DNA of 32,000 bases from Candidatus Uzinura diaspidicola str. ASNER (GTDB lineage: Bacteria; Bacteroidota; Bacteroidia; Flavobacteriales; Blattabacteriaceae), in NCBI GenBank assembly GCA_000331975.1, contig CP003263.1, positions 30,001 to 62,000 on the forward strand, read 5' to 3'. The notes beneath the pieces were generated by a model, which was given only the letters and a program-made list of their open reading frames with translations, was not told the DNA's origin and searched no databases. Below, one piece after another: positions 1-9,039 of the stretch. Numbering within the stretch: position 1 is the first letter of the stretch; every line of letters starts with the position of its first letter. The position numbers and the translations under genes were made by a program.

Positions 1-136
1 TGCAAAAGGTTTTAACTGCTTTAAATTTCTCTAAATCTAATGAATCCATAGATAAACTCCTGAAGAGGCTATAGATTATACGTGTAGTCTATGTACAAAA
101 TTAAATCATGAAGAAAGTAGAAATAGTGTCTTCGGG

Positions 137-1375
137 ATGAGATATGAGCAAAATCTTCAATGGTTATTTGATAAATTACCCATTTACAATAAGATCATAA
201 AAAGATCATCTAAATCTAGATTAGATAAAATAATTAAATTTTGTGAGGCTTTAAAAAGTCCGGAAATTACTTTTACCAGTATACATTTAACTGGAACAAA
301 TGGTAAGGGATCGACTGGCCATTTGATTGCTTCCATTTTACAAGAAGCTGGTTATCGTACTGGCATATTTTCTTCTCCTCATCTTGTAGATTTTAGAGAA
401 CGCATAAAATGTAACGGAAATCTGATTTCTAAAGAGTTTATTACTACGTTTGTAGAAAGTCATCGTAGAATGATAGAGCATTATTCACTTTCTTTTTTTG
501 AAATAATTACAATTATGTCTTTTAGTTTTTTTTATGATAAATTAGTAGATATTGCTATAGTAGAGACTGGCTTAGGAGGTCGTTTAGATTCTACTAATAT
601 TATTTTCCCCATACTTTCTATTATTACTAATGTAAACTTTGATCATATAGATATACTTGGTAAGACTCTTAGGAAGATATCTATAGAAAAGGCTGGAATT
701 ATAAAAAATAGAATTCCAGTAATCATAGGAAGTTTTTCCTATGAAACCATATCAATTTTTAAGAAAGTATCTAAAGAGAAATGTTCCTCCATTTATTTTA
801 TTCCTTATTTTTTTAATAAACTTCTATATGAAAGTCCTTTAAAAGCTGATTACCAGCGTTATAATCAACAAATTGTTCTTCAAACTATAAAATTTTTACG
901 AACAAAATTATGGAAGATATCATCAAAAAATTTACTGGATGGCTTTAAGAATATTATTTTCAATACAGGATTTAAAGGACGCTGGGAAATATTAAGTAGA
1001 AACCCTCTCATTATTTGTGATACAGCCCATAACGAAGATGGTATTAGTCTAATAGTTGAACAACTATCTAAAGAACCAGCAAACTCTTTACGTTTAGTAT
1101 TGGGGTTCGTAAAAGGAAAAGATATTACAAAAATGTTGTCATATTTTCCCCAATATGCAATATACTATTTCTGTCAGCCTCATTTAGAAAAGGCTCTTTC
1201 AATTGAAACACTTAAGGAAATTACCAAAAATTTATTTACAAAATCTTCTTATTTTAGAAGTTTAACTAATGCATTCTCTCAAGCAAAACAGGATGCTGAT
1301 ATAAAAGATGTAACATTCGTTGGAGGAAGTACTTTTGTAGTTTCTGAAATTCTTGTTGATGGGCGATTAGTTTAG
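137..1375 (+). CDS. folC: Folylpolyglutamate synthase / dihydrofolate synthase (Mur-ligase family)
   Basis: 412-aa ORF with Mur-ligase ATP-binding loop HLTGTNGKGST and FolC-like downstream blocks (VNFDHIDILG, ICDTAHNEDG). The last 5 codons and the TAG stop lie inside tRNA-Val. Confidence 0.88.
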   Translation: MRYEQNLQWLFDKLPIYNKIIKRSSKSRLDKIIKFCEALKSPEITFTSIHLTGTNGKGSTGHLIASILQEAGYRTGIFSSPHLVDFRERIKCNGNLISKEFITTFVESHRRMIEHYSLSFFEIITIMSFSFFYDKLVDIAIVETGLGGRLDSTNIIFPILSIITNVNFDHIDILGKTLRKISIEKAGIIKNRIPVIIGSFSYETISIFKKVSKEKCSSIYFIPYFFNKLLYESPLKADYQRYNQQIVLQTIKFLRTKLWKISSKNLLDGFKNIIFNTGFKGRWEILSRNPLIICDTAHNEDGISLIVEQLSKEPANSLRLVLGFVKGKDITKMLSYFPQYAIYYFCQPHLEKALSIETLKEITKNLFTKSSYFRSLTNAFSQAKQDADIKDVTFVGGSTFVVSEILVDGRLV

Positions 1376-1435
1376 TTGGTTTAGAACATCTGCTTTACAC
1401 GCAGAAGGTCACTGGTTCGAGCCCGGTATCGCCCA
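1361..1435 (+). tRNA. tRNA-Val (anticodon UAC)
   Basis: Hand-folded 75-nt cloverleaf. Acceptor GGGCGAT/ATCGCCC, anticodon arm TCTGC-TTTACAC-GCAGA, T-arm ACTGG-TTCGAGC-CCGGT. No encoded CCA. Confidence 0.9.
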
Positions 1436-1502
1436 CTTTTATAAGCTGGTGAAAGTATAAAACGTTCCTTCTTCTTCACTTTAAAAGTAATTTAAGTTAC
1501 GC

Positions 1503-2426
1503 ATGCAGAAAATAATACAAAACTTTCATAAACCAGTTTTCCTAAGAGAAGTGGTCGAGGGTATAGTTACTACATCTCGACAAGATGTATATGTAGACGT
1601 TACATATGGAGGGGGAGGTCATAGTGCTGGATTACTAAAAAAGCTTGCCCCTGAAGCTACTCTTTTAGCTTTTGACTTAGATCAGTCATCTATTGCAAAC
1701 AACCCATTACAAGATAACCGTCTTAAAATATTCAATAGAAATTTTAGATATATAGAAAATATTCTCAGAATACAGGGAATTTTTAAGATTTCAGGAATCA
1801 TTGCTGATTTAGGCGTTTCTTCTCATCAACTTGATACTCCTGATAGAGGGTTTTCCATTCGTTATAATCAACCCTTAGATATGCGAATGGATAAACGTGT
1901 TAAAAAATATGCTAAGGCTATAATAAATTCTTATTCACAAGAATCTCTTGCAAAAATTTTTTTTTATTATGGAGAATTAAGAAATTCTAGAAAATTAGCG
2001 AAAACTATTGTTTTTAGGCGTAAAGAAAAGACCATAGAAAATACATTTGAATTAATAGAAATTATAAAAAATGATATTGAAGGTAGAAATAAACAAAAGT
2101 TTTTTGCTAAAGTATTTCAATCTTTGCGAATAGAGGTTAATGAGGAATTAAGTTCCCTTAAATATTTATTAAAATCCGTTATTAATATTATTAGAAAAGA
2201 AGGTAGAATAGCAATAATCTCCTATCACTCCTTAGAAGACAGAATAGTTAAACAATTTCTTAGAAACGGGCGCTTTGAAAATATACCACTTGAAGATACC
2301 TTCGGTAAAAAAAAAATTCCTTTCCTCCTTCTTCATAGAAAAGCAATCTCTCCTGGAAAAGAAGAAATACAAAAAAATCCTCGTTCCAGAAGTGCCAGTT
2401 TGAGAATTGCTAAAAAAAACAGGTAA
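1503..2426 (+). CDS. rsmH: 16S rRNA (cytosine1402-N4)-methyltransferase RsmH/MraW
   Basis: 307-aa ORF with HKPVFLREV and the SAM-binding block YVDVTYGGGGHS, plus C-terminal NPRSRSASLRIA, all typical of RsmH. Confidence 0.9.
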   Translation: MQKIIQNFHKPVFLREVVEGIVTTSRQDVYVDVTYGGGGHSAGLLKKLAPEATLLAFDLDQSSIANNPLQDNRLKIFNRNFRYIENILRIQGIFKISGIIADLGVSSHQLDTPDRGFSIRYNQPLDMRMDKRVKKYAKAIINSYSQESLAKIFFYYGELRNSRKLAKTIVFRRKEKTIENTFELIEIIKNDIEGRNKQKFFAKVFQSLRIEVNEELSSLKYLLKSVINIIRKEGRIAIISYHSLEDRIVKQFLRNGRFENIPLEDTFGKKKIPFLLLHRKAISPGKEEIQKNPRSRSASLRIAKKNR

Positions 2427-2789
2427 ATATCAATGTGAGTAAAAAAAAATAACAAGAATAGCCTGTAAAAGAATCTTGTAAATGGAAAGAGCTAAAGTTT
2501 CACCATCTAAGTATTAGGGATTCATAGTAGATATGAAAGCAAATTTTAGTAAAGTAAATTGTAAAATAAATTCTATCAGTAGTTGCTATATATCTTTCAA
2601 TAAATATTATTGAACTTAATGCCTTTTGGAGGCAATTTTTCTATTATGGCTAATGTAAAGAAAAAAAAAAAGAAAGATATCCTTACATAAAAGAAAAAAA
2701 GAAGTAGACAAGACAGACATAAAAAGAAATAAAAATTTAACCATACCATTTTCTGATTTCTGGTTGGTGGTTGGTTCTTTATATGATCT

Positions 2790-4304
2790 ATGAATAGATA
2801 TTTAGTTATACAAACTAATAAAAAAGAAAGAATTATTGCAATGTATAAAAAAAGAAACTTATCTGAAATATATTTTCATTGCAATGATGCAAATCCAATG
2901 ATAGGAGATATTTACTTAGGACTAATTAAAAATACAGATGATAATATAAAGGCTGCTTTTATTAATATTGGATCAGTTAAAGATGCTTTTCTACACTATT
3001 ATGATTTAGGATTGCAGTTCAAGTGCTTATTAGAATTTTCATATGAAGAAAACTTCAACTATCTTTCACAAGTTTACTCTCATTTAGAAGAGTTGCCAAT
3101 CACAGAAAAGTTTGATTTTAAAACCAAACTACAGATTGAGACAAAAATATTAGTCCAGATTACAAAAGAGTCTATCTCTAACAAAGGCCCAAAACTAACC
3201 ACAGAAATTTCTTTATCTGGAAGATTTCTTATCCTTTTTCCTTATGTAGAAAAAATTTATGTTTCCCAAAAAATAAGAGACTATAAGAAAAGAAAACGAT
3301 TGATTTCTTTCTTTAAAACCATTCAACCTACTAATTTCGGAATTCTTGTAAGAAGAGTAGCGTTAAATCAAAAAGATGAAGTCTTAACGGCAGATTTGAT
3401 TTTTTTGACAAAAAAATGGAGAAGTTTACTTACAAAAGTTAAAACAAATAACTACCCGGCTCGATTAATGAGAAATATGGATCCATATTACTATATTTTG
3501 AGAAATTTATACAATGTAACTTCTATTATTTGTGATAATCAAGATCTATGTGAAGAAATAATAGTTTATTTATCCACTATAAAACAAAATAATATTGATC
3601 TAATCAAATATTATTCGGATGAAATAGTACCTATATTTGAGAAATATGGAATAGAAAAATATATAAAAATGTTTCTTGGAAATAATATTTCTCTCCTATA
3701 TGGTGCCTATTTGGTTATTGATCATACTGAAGCATTACATGTTATAGATGTGAATAGTGGAACAGTAGAGGAAAAAAAATTATTAGAGATAAATATTATA
3801 GCAGCTACAGAGATTTCCAGGCAAATTAAATTAAGGGACATTGGAGGAATTATTGTGATAGATTTTATTGATATGTTAGAACTTGAACAGAGTAAAGATC
3901 TCTACTATCACTTTAGTGAAGTAATGAAAAATGACACTGCAAAATATAAGATATTACCAACTAATAAGTTCGGGCTTATTCAGTTAACCAGAGAAAGAGT
4001 AAGGCACGAATTTAACTTTCAAAGTTCAGAAAAAAACCCTAATAACTCTAAATATAAAAAAGTTGAATCGCCTATTGAACATATCTATAGGATAGAATCG
4101 GTTTTCCAAAAGGGAAAAAATTTTATTTTACATACACATCCTTTTATAGCTGCTTATATTAAAAAAGGTTTTCCTTCCTTACAACAAAAATGGTTTATTA
4201 AATTTAAAAAGTGGATAAAGATCATTCCTAGATATTCATTTAAATATCTTGAGTATCAAATAATTGACAAAGAAAATAATATTTTATATCTTTATAAAAA
4301 CTAA
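2790..4304 (+). CDS. rng: Ribonuclease G/E family endoribonuclease
   Basis: 504-aa ORF with an S1-like N-terminus (IGDIYLGLIKN...AAFINIG..KDAFLHYYDLG) and catalytic-core blocks HVIDVNSG and GGIIVIDFIDM. Confidence 0.85.
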   Translation: MNRYLVIQTNKKERIIAMYKKRNLSEIYFHCNDANPMIGDIYLGLIKNTDDNIKAAFINIGSVKDAFLHYYDLGLQFKCLLEFSYEENFNYLSQVYSHLEELPITEKFDFKTKLQIETKILVQITKESISNKGPKLTTEISLSGRFLILFPYVEKIYVSQKIRDYKKRKRLISFFKTIQPTNFGILVRRVALNQKDEVLTADLIFLTKKWRSLLTKVKTNNYPARLMRNMDPYYYILRNLYNVTSIICDNQDLCEEIIVYLSTIKQNNIDLIKYYSDEIVPIFEKYGIEKYIKMFLGNNISLLYGAYLVIDHTEALHVIDVNSGTVEEKKLLEINIIAATEISRQIKLRDIGGIIVIDFIDMLELEQSKDLYYHFSEVMKNDTAKYKILPTNKFGLIQLTRERVRHEFNFQSSEKNPNNSKYKKVESPIEHIYRIESVFQKGKNFILHTHPFIAAYIKKGFPSLQQKWFIKFKKWIKIIPRYSFKYLEYQIIDKENNILYLYKN

Positions 4305-4305
4305 T

Positions 4306-4386
4306 GCGAGTGTGGTGAAATTGGTAAACACGCCAGATTTAGGCTCTGGAGCTTTAAGCATAAGGGTTCAAATCCCTTCACCCGTA
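4306..4386 (+). tRNA. tRNA-Leu (anticodon UAG), type II with long variable arm
   Basis: 81 nt. Anticodon arm CCAGA-TTTAGGC-TCTGG, variable hairpin GCT-TTA-AGC, T-arm AAGGG-TTCAAAT-CCCTT. The acceptor stem has one A-C mismatch and a G-U pair. Confidence 0.8.
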
Positions 4387-4429
4387 CATAGTATAAATAA
4401 AAAAAATCAGTATTAAAAATTAAGGACCA

Positions 4430-5269
4430 ATGAAAATAGCTTTGCAAAAAAAAGGACGCCTTCATGAAGAATCTATTAATCTTCTTAAAGCTTGCGGGAT
4501 TAATTTCCCCTTAGATTTAAGTAAAGACAAACTTAAAATATCAACATATAATTTAGATATATTTTTTCTACGTGATGATGATATACCTAGCTATATTCAA
4601 GAAGGAGTAGCTGATATAGGTATAGTAGGAAAAAACGTTGTTTTTGAACAAGAAAAGAGCTTCTTAATAAAAAAACATCTAGGGTTTGGTTATTGTAGGC
4701 TTTCTTTCGCAGTTCCTAAAGAAAGCCTATATAAATCTTCGAAAGATTTTTCCGGAAAATGTATTGCAACCAGTTATCCTAACATTCTATTTAAGTTTTT
4801 AAAGGAACAGAACATCTGCTCTTATATTCACAAAATAAGCGGCTCTGTAGAGATAGCTCCAAATATCGGTGTTGCCGATGCAATTTGTGATTTAGTTAGT
4901 AGTGGAAGTACATTAGATTCTAATGATTTAAAAGAGATAGAAACTATTTTTTCTTCAGAAGCAGTACTTATTTGTCATCCTAAATCTAGTAGATTAGCAA
5001 AGAAACTTATTTTTCGTCTTCAAGCATTTAAAAGAGCCAGAGATAATAAATACCTCTTACTATTATTTAATGCTCCTAATAAAAAATTAGAAAAGATTAT
5101 TTCTTTTCTACATAAATCATGTAAAAGACTTCATAGAATTCCCAAAGCTGCTTTATGGACTTATATTCAAGTAATCGTACCAGCTTTTATTATCTGGAAT
5201 ATCCTAGACGAATTAAAAAGAAACAGTGTAAAAGATTTGGTGGTTCTTGAGAAAATGAGGGTTTTTTAA
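4430..5269 (+). CDS. hisG: ATP phosphoribosyltransferase, long form
   Basis: 279-aa ORF with N-terminus MKIALQKKGRLHEES, the DLVSSGSTL block and a C-terminal regulatory domain ending VVLEKM. Confidence 0.9.
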   Translation: MKIALQKKGRLHEESINLLKACGINFPLDLSKDKLKISTYNLDIFFLRDDDIPSYIQEGVADIGIVGKNVVFEQEKSFLIKKHLGFGYCRLSFAVPKESLYKSSKDFSGKCIATSYPNILFKFLKEQNICSYIHKISGSVEIAPNIGVADAICDLVSSGSTLDSNDLKEIETIFSSEAVLICHPKSSRLAKKLIFRLQAFKRARDNKYLLLLFNAPNKKLEKIISFLHKSCKRLHRIPKAALWTYIQVIVPAFIIWNILDELKRNSVKDLVVLEKMRVF

Positions 5270-5308
5270 AGGTAGAAAAAAAACAAGAGGTAAAAACAGC
5301 TTCCAAAA

Positions 5309-6316
5309 TTGAGAACAAAAGTTTTATTCATAAATAGTAACGAAACATTCGTTGATAAAGTTATTTTTTATCCCGGGATAATTACTTATCTCGGACGCAT
5401 AGTTTCTGAACTTGACTATGAATTAGTATTGGTTAGCAACCAAGTTAATTTAGGAACAGAAAGTTTTCCAAGAGTTCTTTTTCATGCAGAACATGACTCC
5501 ATCTTAAAAAGATTTGAAGGCGAAGGTATCCATTTATCTTCTATAGATTTCTATAAAGAAAACCATAATTCGGTAACCGAAATGTTACCGAGCTACTTTT
5601 CAAAAACTTATGATCGTTCTCAATCTTTTGTTATAGGTGATAGCATTATTCTGTTACCTCTAGATGGTAGTTATACTACAGAAGAAATAGCGTTACATCC
5701 TTCTTGGAAAAAAATTTACAATTTGCTTAAATTTGGTTTTAGTGAATTCTCTTCTAGACGAATAAGCAAAGAAACAGAGATACAAATATCTATTAAAATA
5801 AATGGCAAAGGAATTTCTGACATTCATACTGGGTATGGTTTTTTAGATCATATTCTTGATCAAATTTGCATCCATGCCAACATAGATTTAGGTATAAAAG
5901 TAAAAGGAGACGTTCATGTAGATGAACATCATTCTATTGAAGATACGGCTATTGCCCTTGGCATAGCCTTGTCAAAATCTTTGAAAGATAAGAGAGGTAT
6001 GGCACGATACGGATTTTTATTACCAATGGATGACATTTTAGTACAGGTAGCTCTAGATTTAGGAGGAAGAAGTAATTTAATTTGGAAAGCAGATTTTGAA
6101 AGAGAAAAAATAGGAGATATTCCTACAGAAATGTTTGCGCATTTTTTTAAATCTTTTTCTGATGTTGCCTATTGTAATCTTCATTTTCAGACAGAAGGCA
6201 ACAATGAACATCATAAAATAGAAGCTATATTTAAGGCTTTCGCCTATGTACTTAAAATAGCATTGACCCGTAATCATAATAACGAGCTATTACCTAGCAC
6301 CAAAGAAATACTATGA
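5309..6316 (+). CDS. hisB: Bifunctional HisB. The imidazoleglycerol-phosphate dehydratase domain is intact. The N-terminal histidinol-phosphatase (HAD) domain has degenerate catalytic motifs.
   Basis: 335-aa ORF with a TTG start. IGPD blocks are present: GYGFLDHILDQ, VDEHHSIEDTAIALG, ARYGFLLPMDD, NEHHKIEAIFKAFA. The HAD motif I DxDGT reads NSNET. Confidence 0.9.
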   Translation: MRTKVLFINSNETFVDKVIFYPGIITYLGRIVSELDYELVLVSNQVNLGTESFPRVLFHAEHDSILKRFEGEGIHLSSIDFYKENHNSVTEMLPSYFSKTYDRSQSFVIGDSIILLPLDGSYTTEEIALHPSWKKIYNLLKFGFSEFSSRRISKETEIQISIKINGKGISDIHTGYGFLDHILDQICIHANIDLGIKVKGDVHVDEHHSIEDTAIALGIALSKSLKDKRGMARYGFLLPMDDILVQVALDLGGRSNLIWKADFEREKIGDIPTEMFAHFFKSFSDVAYCNLHFQTEGNNEHHKIEAIFKAFAYVLKIALTRNHNNELLPSTKEIL

Positions 6317-6897
6317 CAGTAGTTATTATAAAATATCCCGCTGGAAATGTACAATCAGTAATTCTTGCTCTAAAACGTTTAGGAGTCCATCCATTACTTA
6401 GTGATCAAAAGGAAGTAATTAAAAGTGCAGATAAAATTATTCTACCAGGAGTAGGAGAAGCAAAATCCGCAATGAGATATTTGCGAAAAAAAGGCTTACA
6501 CGAAATTCTACCTTCTCTTAAACAACCTATATTAGGAATATGTCTTGGAATGCAATTACTTTGTAATTTTTCAGAAGAAAACGATACTATTTGTTTAGGT
6601 GTATTTGATATCAATGTAAAAAAATTCAACACCTTTATATACAAAGTCCCTCAAATTGGATGGAATACACTTTTTAATCTAAAAGGAAAGCTTTTTGAAG
6701 AAATGGGGGAAAACCCATTTCAATACTTTGTGCATAGTTATTATGTTCCTAATAGTTTATATACAATAGCCTGTTCAAGATATACATGTATTTTTAGTGC
6801 TGCTTTACAGAAGTACAATTTTTATGCAACACAATTCCATCCAGAAAAATCTTCTTTTGAAGGACAAAAAATTCTAAAAAATTTTATAAAACTTTGA
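6313..6897 (+). CDS. hisH: Imidazole glycerol phosphate synthase, glutamine amidotransferase subunit
   Basis: 194-aa ORF with the catalytic Cys block GICLGMQLL and the His/Glu block QFHPEKS. There is an ATGA overlap with the hisB stop. Confidence 0.92.
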   Translation: MTVVIIKYPAGNVQSVILALKRLGVHPLLSDQKEVIKSADKIILPGVGEAKSAMRYLRKKGLHEILPSLKQPILGICLGMQLLCNFSEENDTICLGVFDINVKKFNTFIYKVPQIGWNTLFNLKGKLFEEMGENPFQYFVHSYYVPNSLYTIACSRYTCIFSAALQKYNFYATQFHPEKSSFEGQKILKNFIKL

Positions 6898-7634
6898 AGG
6901 ACAAAAAATTTAAAATCATACCATCGATAGATTTAATAGATGGGATATGTGTAAGACTGACTCAAGGAGATTATTTACGCAAGGATCATTACAACAAAGA
7001 TCCACTAAAGGTCTCCTTATATTTCCAAGATATTGGAATTTCTAGATTGCATTTGGTAGATTTAGATGGAGCTAAATCTGGAAAAATTTCTCATTGGAGA
7101 GTTTTGGAAAAAATATCAAAAAATACTGATATCACTATAGATTTTGGAGGTGGAATTAAAAGGGACCAAGATATAAGAGTTGTTTTTGAATGTGGCGCTA
7201 CCATAGCAACAATAGGAAGTATTGCGGTAAAAAACCTTCAACTTATGAAAAAATGGATTAAGTTTTATGGTAGTAATAAAATATTTATAGGAATGGATGT
7301 AAACAACAAAAAAATTGCTATAAATGGATGGAAAAAAATGACAGATATTTACTACTGTCATTTTTTAAAAGAAACAATAAGTTCTGGAGTAGAAAATTAT
7401 TTTTGCACAGATATTTCTAAAGACGGCCTTTTATCTGGCTCCTCTTTGGAACTATATGAACTTATAATTACTACATATCCAAAAACAAAAATTGTTGCTA
7501 GTGGTGGAATAAGTAATTTTACAGAGATACAATATCTAAAAGATATTGGTTGCTACGGAATAATTCTAGGAAAGGCTCTTTATGAAAATAAAATCACTAT
7601 TTCAACCCTTAGAGAAATAATGAAAAAATGTTAA
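6894..7634 (+). CDS. hisA: ProFAR isomerase (1-(5-phosphoribosyl)-5-[(5-phosphoribosylamino)methylideneamino]imidazole-4-carboxamide isomerase)
   Basis: 246-aa ORF with a TTG start overlapping the hisH stop. It has IIPSIDLIDG, LHLVDLDGA and GGGI blocks and a (beta/alpha)8 HisA/HisF pattern. Confidence 0.9.
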   Translation: MKDKKFKIIPSIDLIDGICVRLTQGDYLRKDHYNKDPLKVSLYFQDIGISRLHLVDLDGAKSGKISHWRVLEKISKNTDITIDFGGGIKRDQDIRVVFECGATIATIGSIAVKNLQLMKKWIKFYGSNKIFIGMDVNNKKIAINGWKKMTDIYYCHFLKETISSGVENYFCTDISKDGLLSGSSLELYELIITTYPKTKIVASGGISNFTEIQYLKDIGCYGIILGKALYENKITISTLREIMKKC

Positions 7635-8380
7635 CGAAACGTATTATTCCTTGTTTAGATATAAAAGATGGAAAAACAGTAAAAGGCATTCGTTTTCAAC
7701 ATTTAAAGGAAGCAGGAGATCCTGTAAAATTGGCAATGTTTTATGCTAAAGAAGGTGCTGATGAACTTATATTTCTAGACATAAGTGCAACACAAGAAAA
7801 TCGTAAAACTTTAATTTCACTTGTACACAAAATTGCTCGTTATCTTTATATTCCTTTTACTATTGGAGGGGGTGTTACATCTTTAGATGATGTAGAAAGA
7901 TTGCTAAATGCAGGTGCTGATAAAATTTCTGTAAATACAGAAGCCTTTAAAAGACCTCAATTGCTCAATGAACTGGTAGAAAGATTTGGAAGCCAATGTA
8001 TAGTATTAGCGATAGATATTCAAATTCATAAAAATGAATGGTGGGTATATATTAATGGAGGACGGATAAAAACATCATACAAAGCATTAGACTGGGCAAA
8101 AGAAGCTGTTGAACGAGGTATTGGTGAAATTCTACTTACTTCAATGAATAACGACGGAACTAAGAAAGGATTTTCTATTGGAATAACTAGGACATTTTCA
8201 GAGAAACTTTCTATCCCTATAATAGCCTCCGGCGGAGCCGGAAATATGGAAGACTTTTACGAAGTCTTTAAAGTTGGTAAAGCAGATGCTGCACTAGCTG
8301 CTAGTATTCTTCATTCAGAGGTAATATCTATACGGCAAATCAAAAATTACTTGTCCAGTAATAAAATATCCATTAGATGA
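7628..8380 (+). CDS. hisF: Imidazole glycerol phosphate synthase, cyclase subunit
   Basis: 250-aa ORF with RIIPCLDIKDG, DELIFLDISAT, TIGGGV, LLTSMNNDGTKKG and ASGGAG blocks. It overlaps hisA by 7 nt. Confidence 0.95.
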   Translation: MLTKRIIPCLDIKDGKTVKGIRFQHLKEAGDPVKLAMFYAKEGADELIFLDISATQENRKTLISLVHKIARYLYIPFTIGGGVTSLDDVERLLNAGADKISVNTEAFKRPQLLNELVERFGSQCIVLAIDIQIHKNEWWVYINGGRIKTSYKALDWAKEAVERGIGEILLTSMNNDGTKKGFSIGITRTFSEKLSIPIIASGGAGNMEDFYEVFKVGKADAALAASILHSEVISIRQIKNYLSSNKISIR

Positions 8381-9039
8381 AAGCACCGTCTATAGACTCT
8401 ATTAATTTTAATAAGTCTCTTGATGGCTTAGTTCCAGCCATTATTCAAGACTCTGATACACTAAAAGTATTGATGTTGGGGTATATGAATGAGGAAACTT
8501 ATTTAAGGAGTTTACAAAGTAAAAAAGTTATTTTTTACAGTAGATCTAAAAAAAGAGAGTGGATAAAAGGTGAAGAAACTTCTCATTCTTTAGTCATTAA
8601 AGAAATTTTTATAGACTGTGATAAAGATACTTTGTTAATTAAAGTAATTCCTTTGGGGCCTACTTGTCATCTAGGTACAAATAATTGTTGGGGAGACATG
8701 AATGAGGAATGCTATAGTTTTTTTAGAACCCTTGAGAAAATTATTTTTTTAAGAAGAAAAATAGAAGTAGGTATTCATAAGTCTTATATTAGAGATCTCT
8801 TTGAAAGGAGTATGAATAAAATTCTCCAAAAAGTTGGAGAAGAAGCTGTTGAACTTATTTTAGAAGCTAAAGAGAATAACAAAGAACGCTTTCTTAATGA
8901 AGCAGCTGATCTATTATTTCATTATTTAGTATTGCTTCAAGCTAAAAATTATAATTTAAAAGATATTCTAGATATTCTAAAAAAAAGAAAAAAACTTAAA
9001 ACCCTATTTTTTTTTAAGAGACCAAAGTCTATTTTTTAA
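8377..9039 (+). CDS. hisI: Bifunctional phosphoribosyl-AMP cyclohydrolase / phosphoribosyl-ATP pyrophosphatase
   Basis: 220-aa ORF. The HisI part has GLVPAIIQD, FYSRSKK..W.KGE, DCDKD and GPTCHLG..NCW. The HisE part has KVGEEAVE and EAADLLFHYLVLL. There is an ATGA overlap with hisF. Confidence 0.9.
   Translation: MKAPSIDSINFNKSLDGLVPAIIQDSDTLKVLMLGYMNEETYLRSLQSKKVIFYSRSKKREWIKGEETSHSLVIKEIFIDCDKDTLLIKVIPLGPTCHLGTNNCWGDMNEECYSFFRTLEKIIFLRRKIEVGIHKSYIRDLFERSMNKILQKVGEEAVELILEAKENNKERFLNEAADLLFHYLVLLQAKNYNLKDILDILKKRKKLKTLFFFKRPKSIF

Noticed and set aside
2307-2316. A10 homopolymer inside rsmH, with similar A9/T9 runs in metG (10860..10868) and korA (24867..24875), considered as programmed slippage sites
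   Set aside because: All are in frame and the encoded proteins are full length. They are mutational hot spots worth noting, but nothing here shows that slippage is used.
6077-7361. Antisense ORFs 6077..6277, 6405..6644 and 7116..7361 within hisB, hisH and hisA
   Set aside because: They lie on the strand opposite well-supported his genes. They are low-complexity, have no recognisable motifs, and are typical shadow ORFs.
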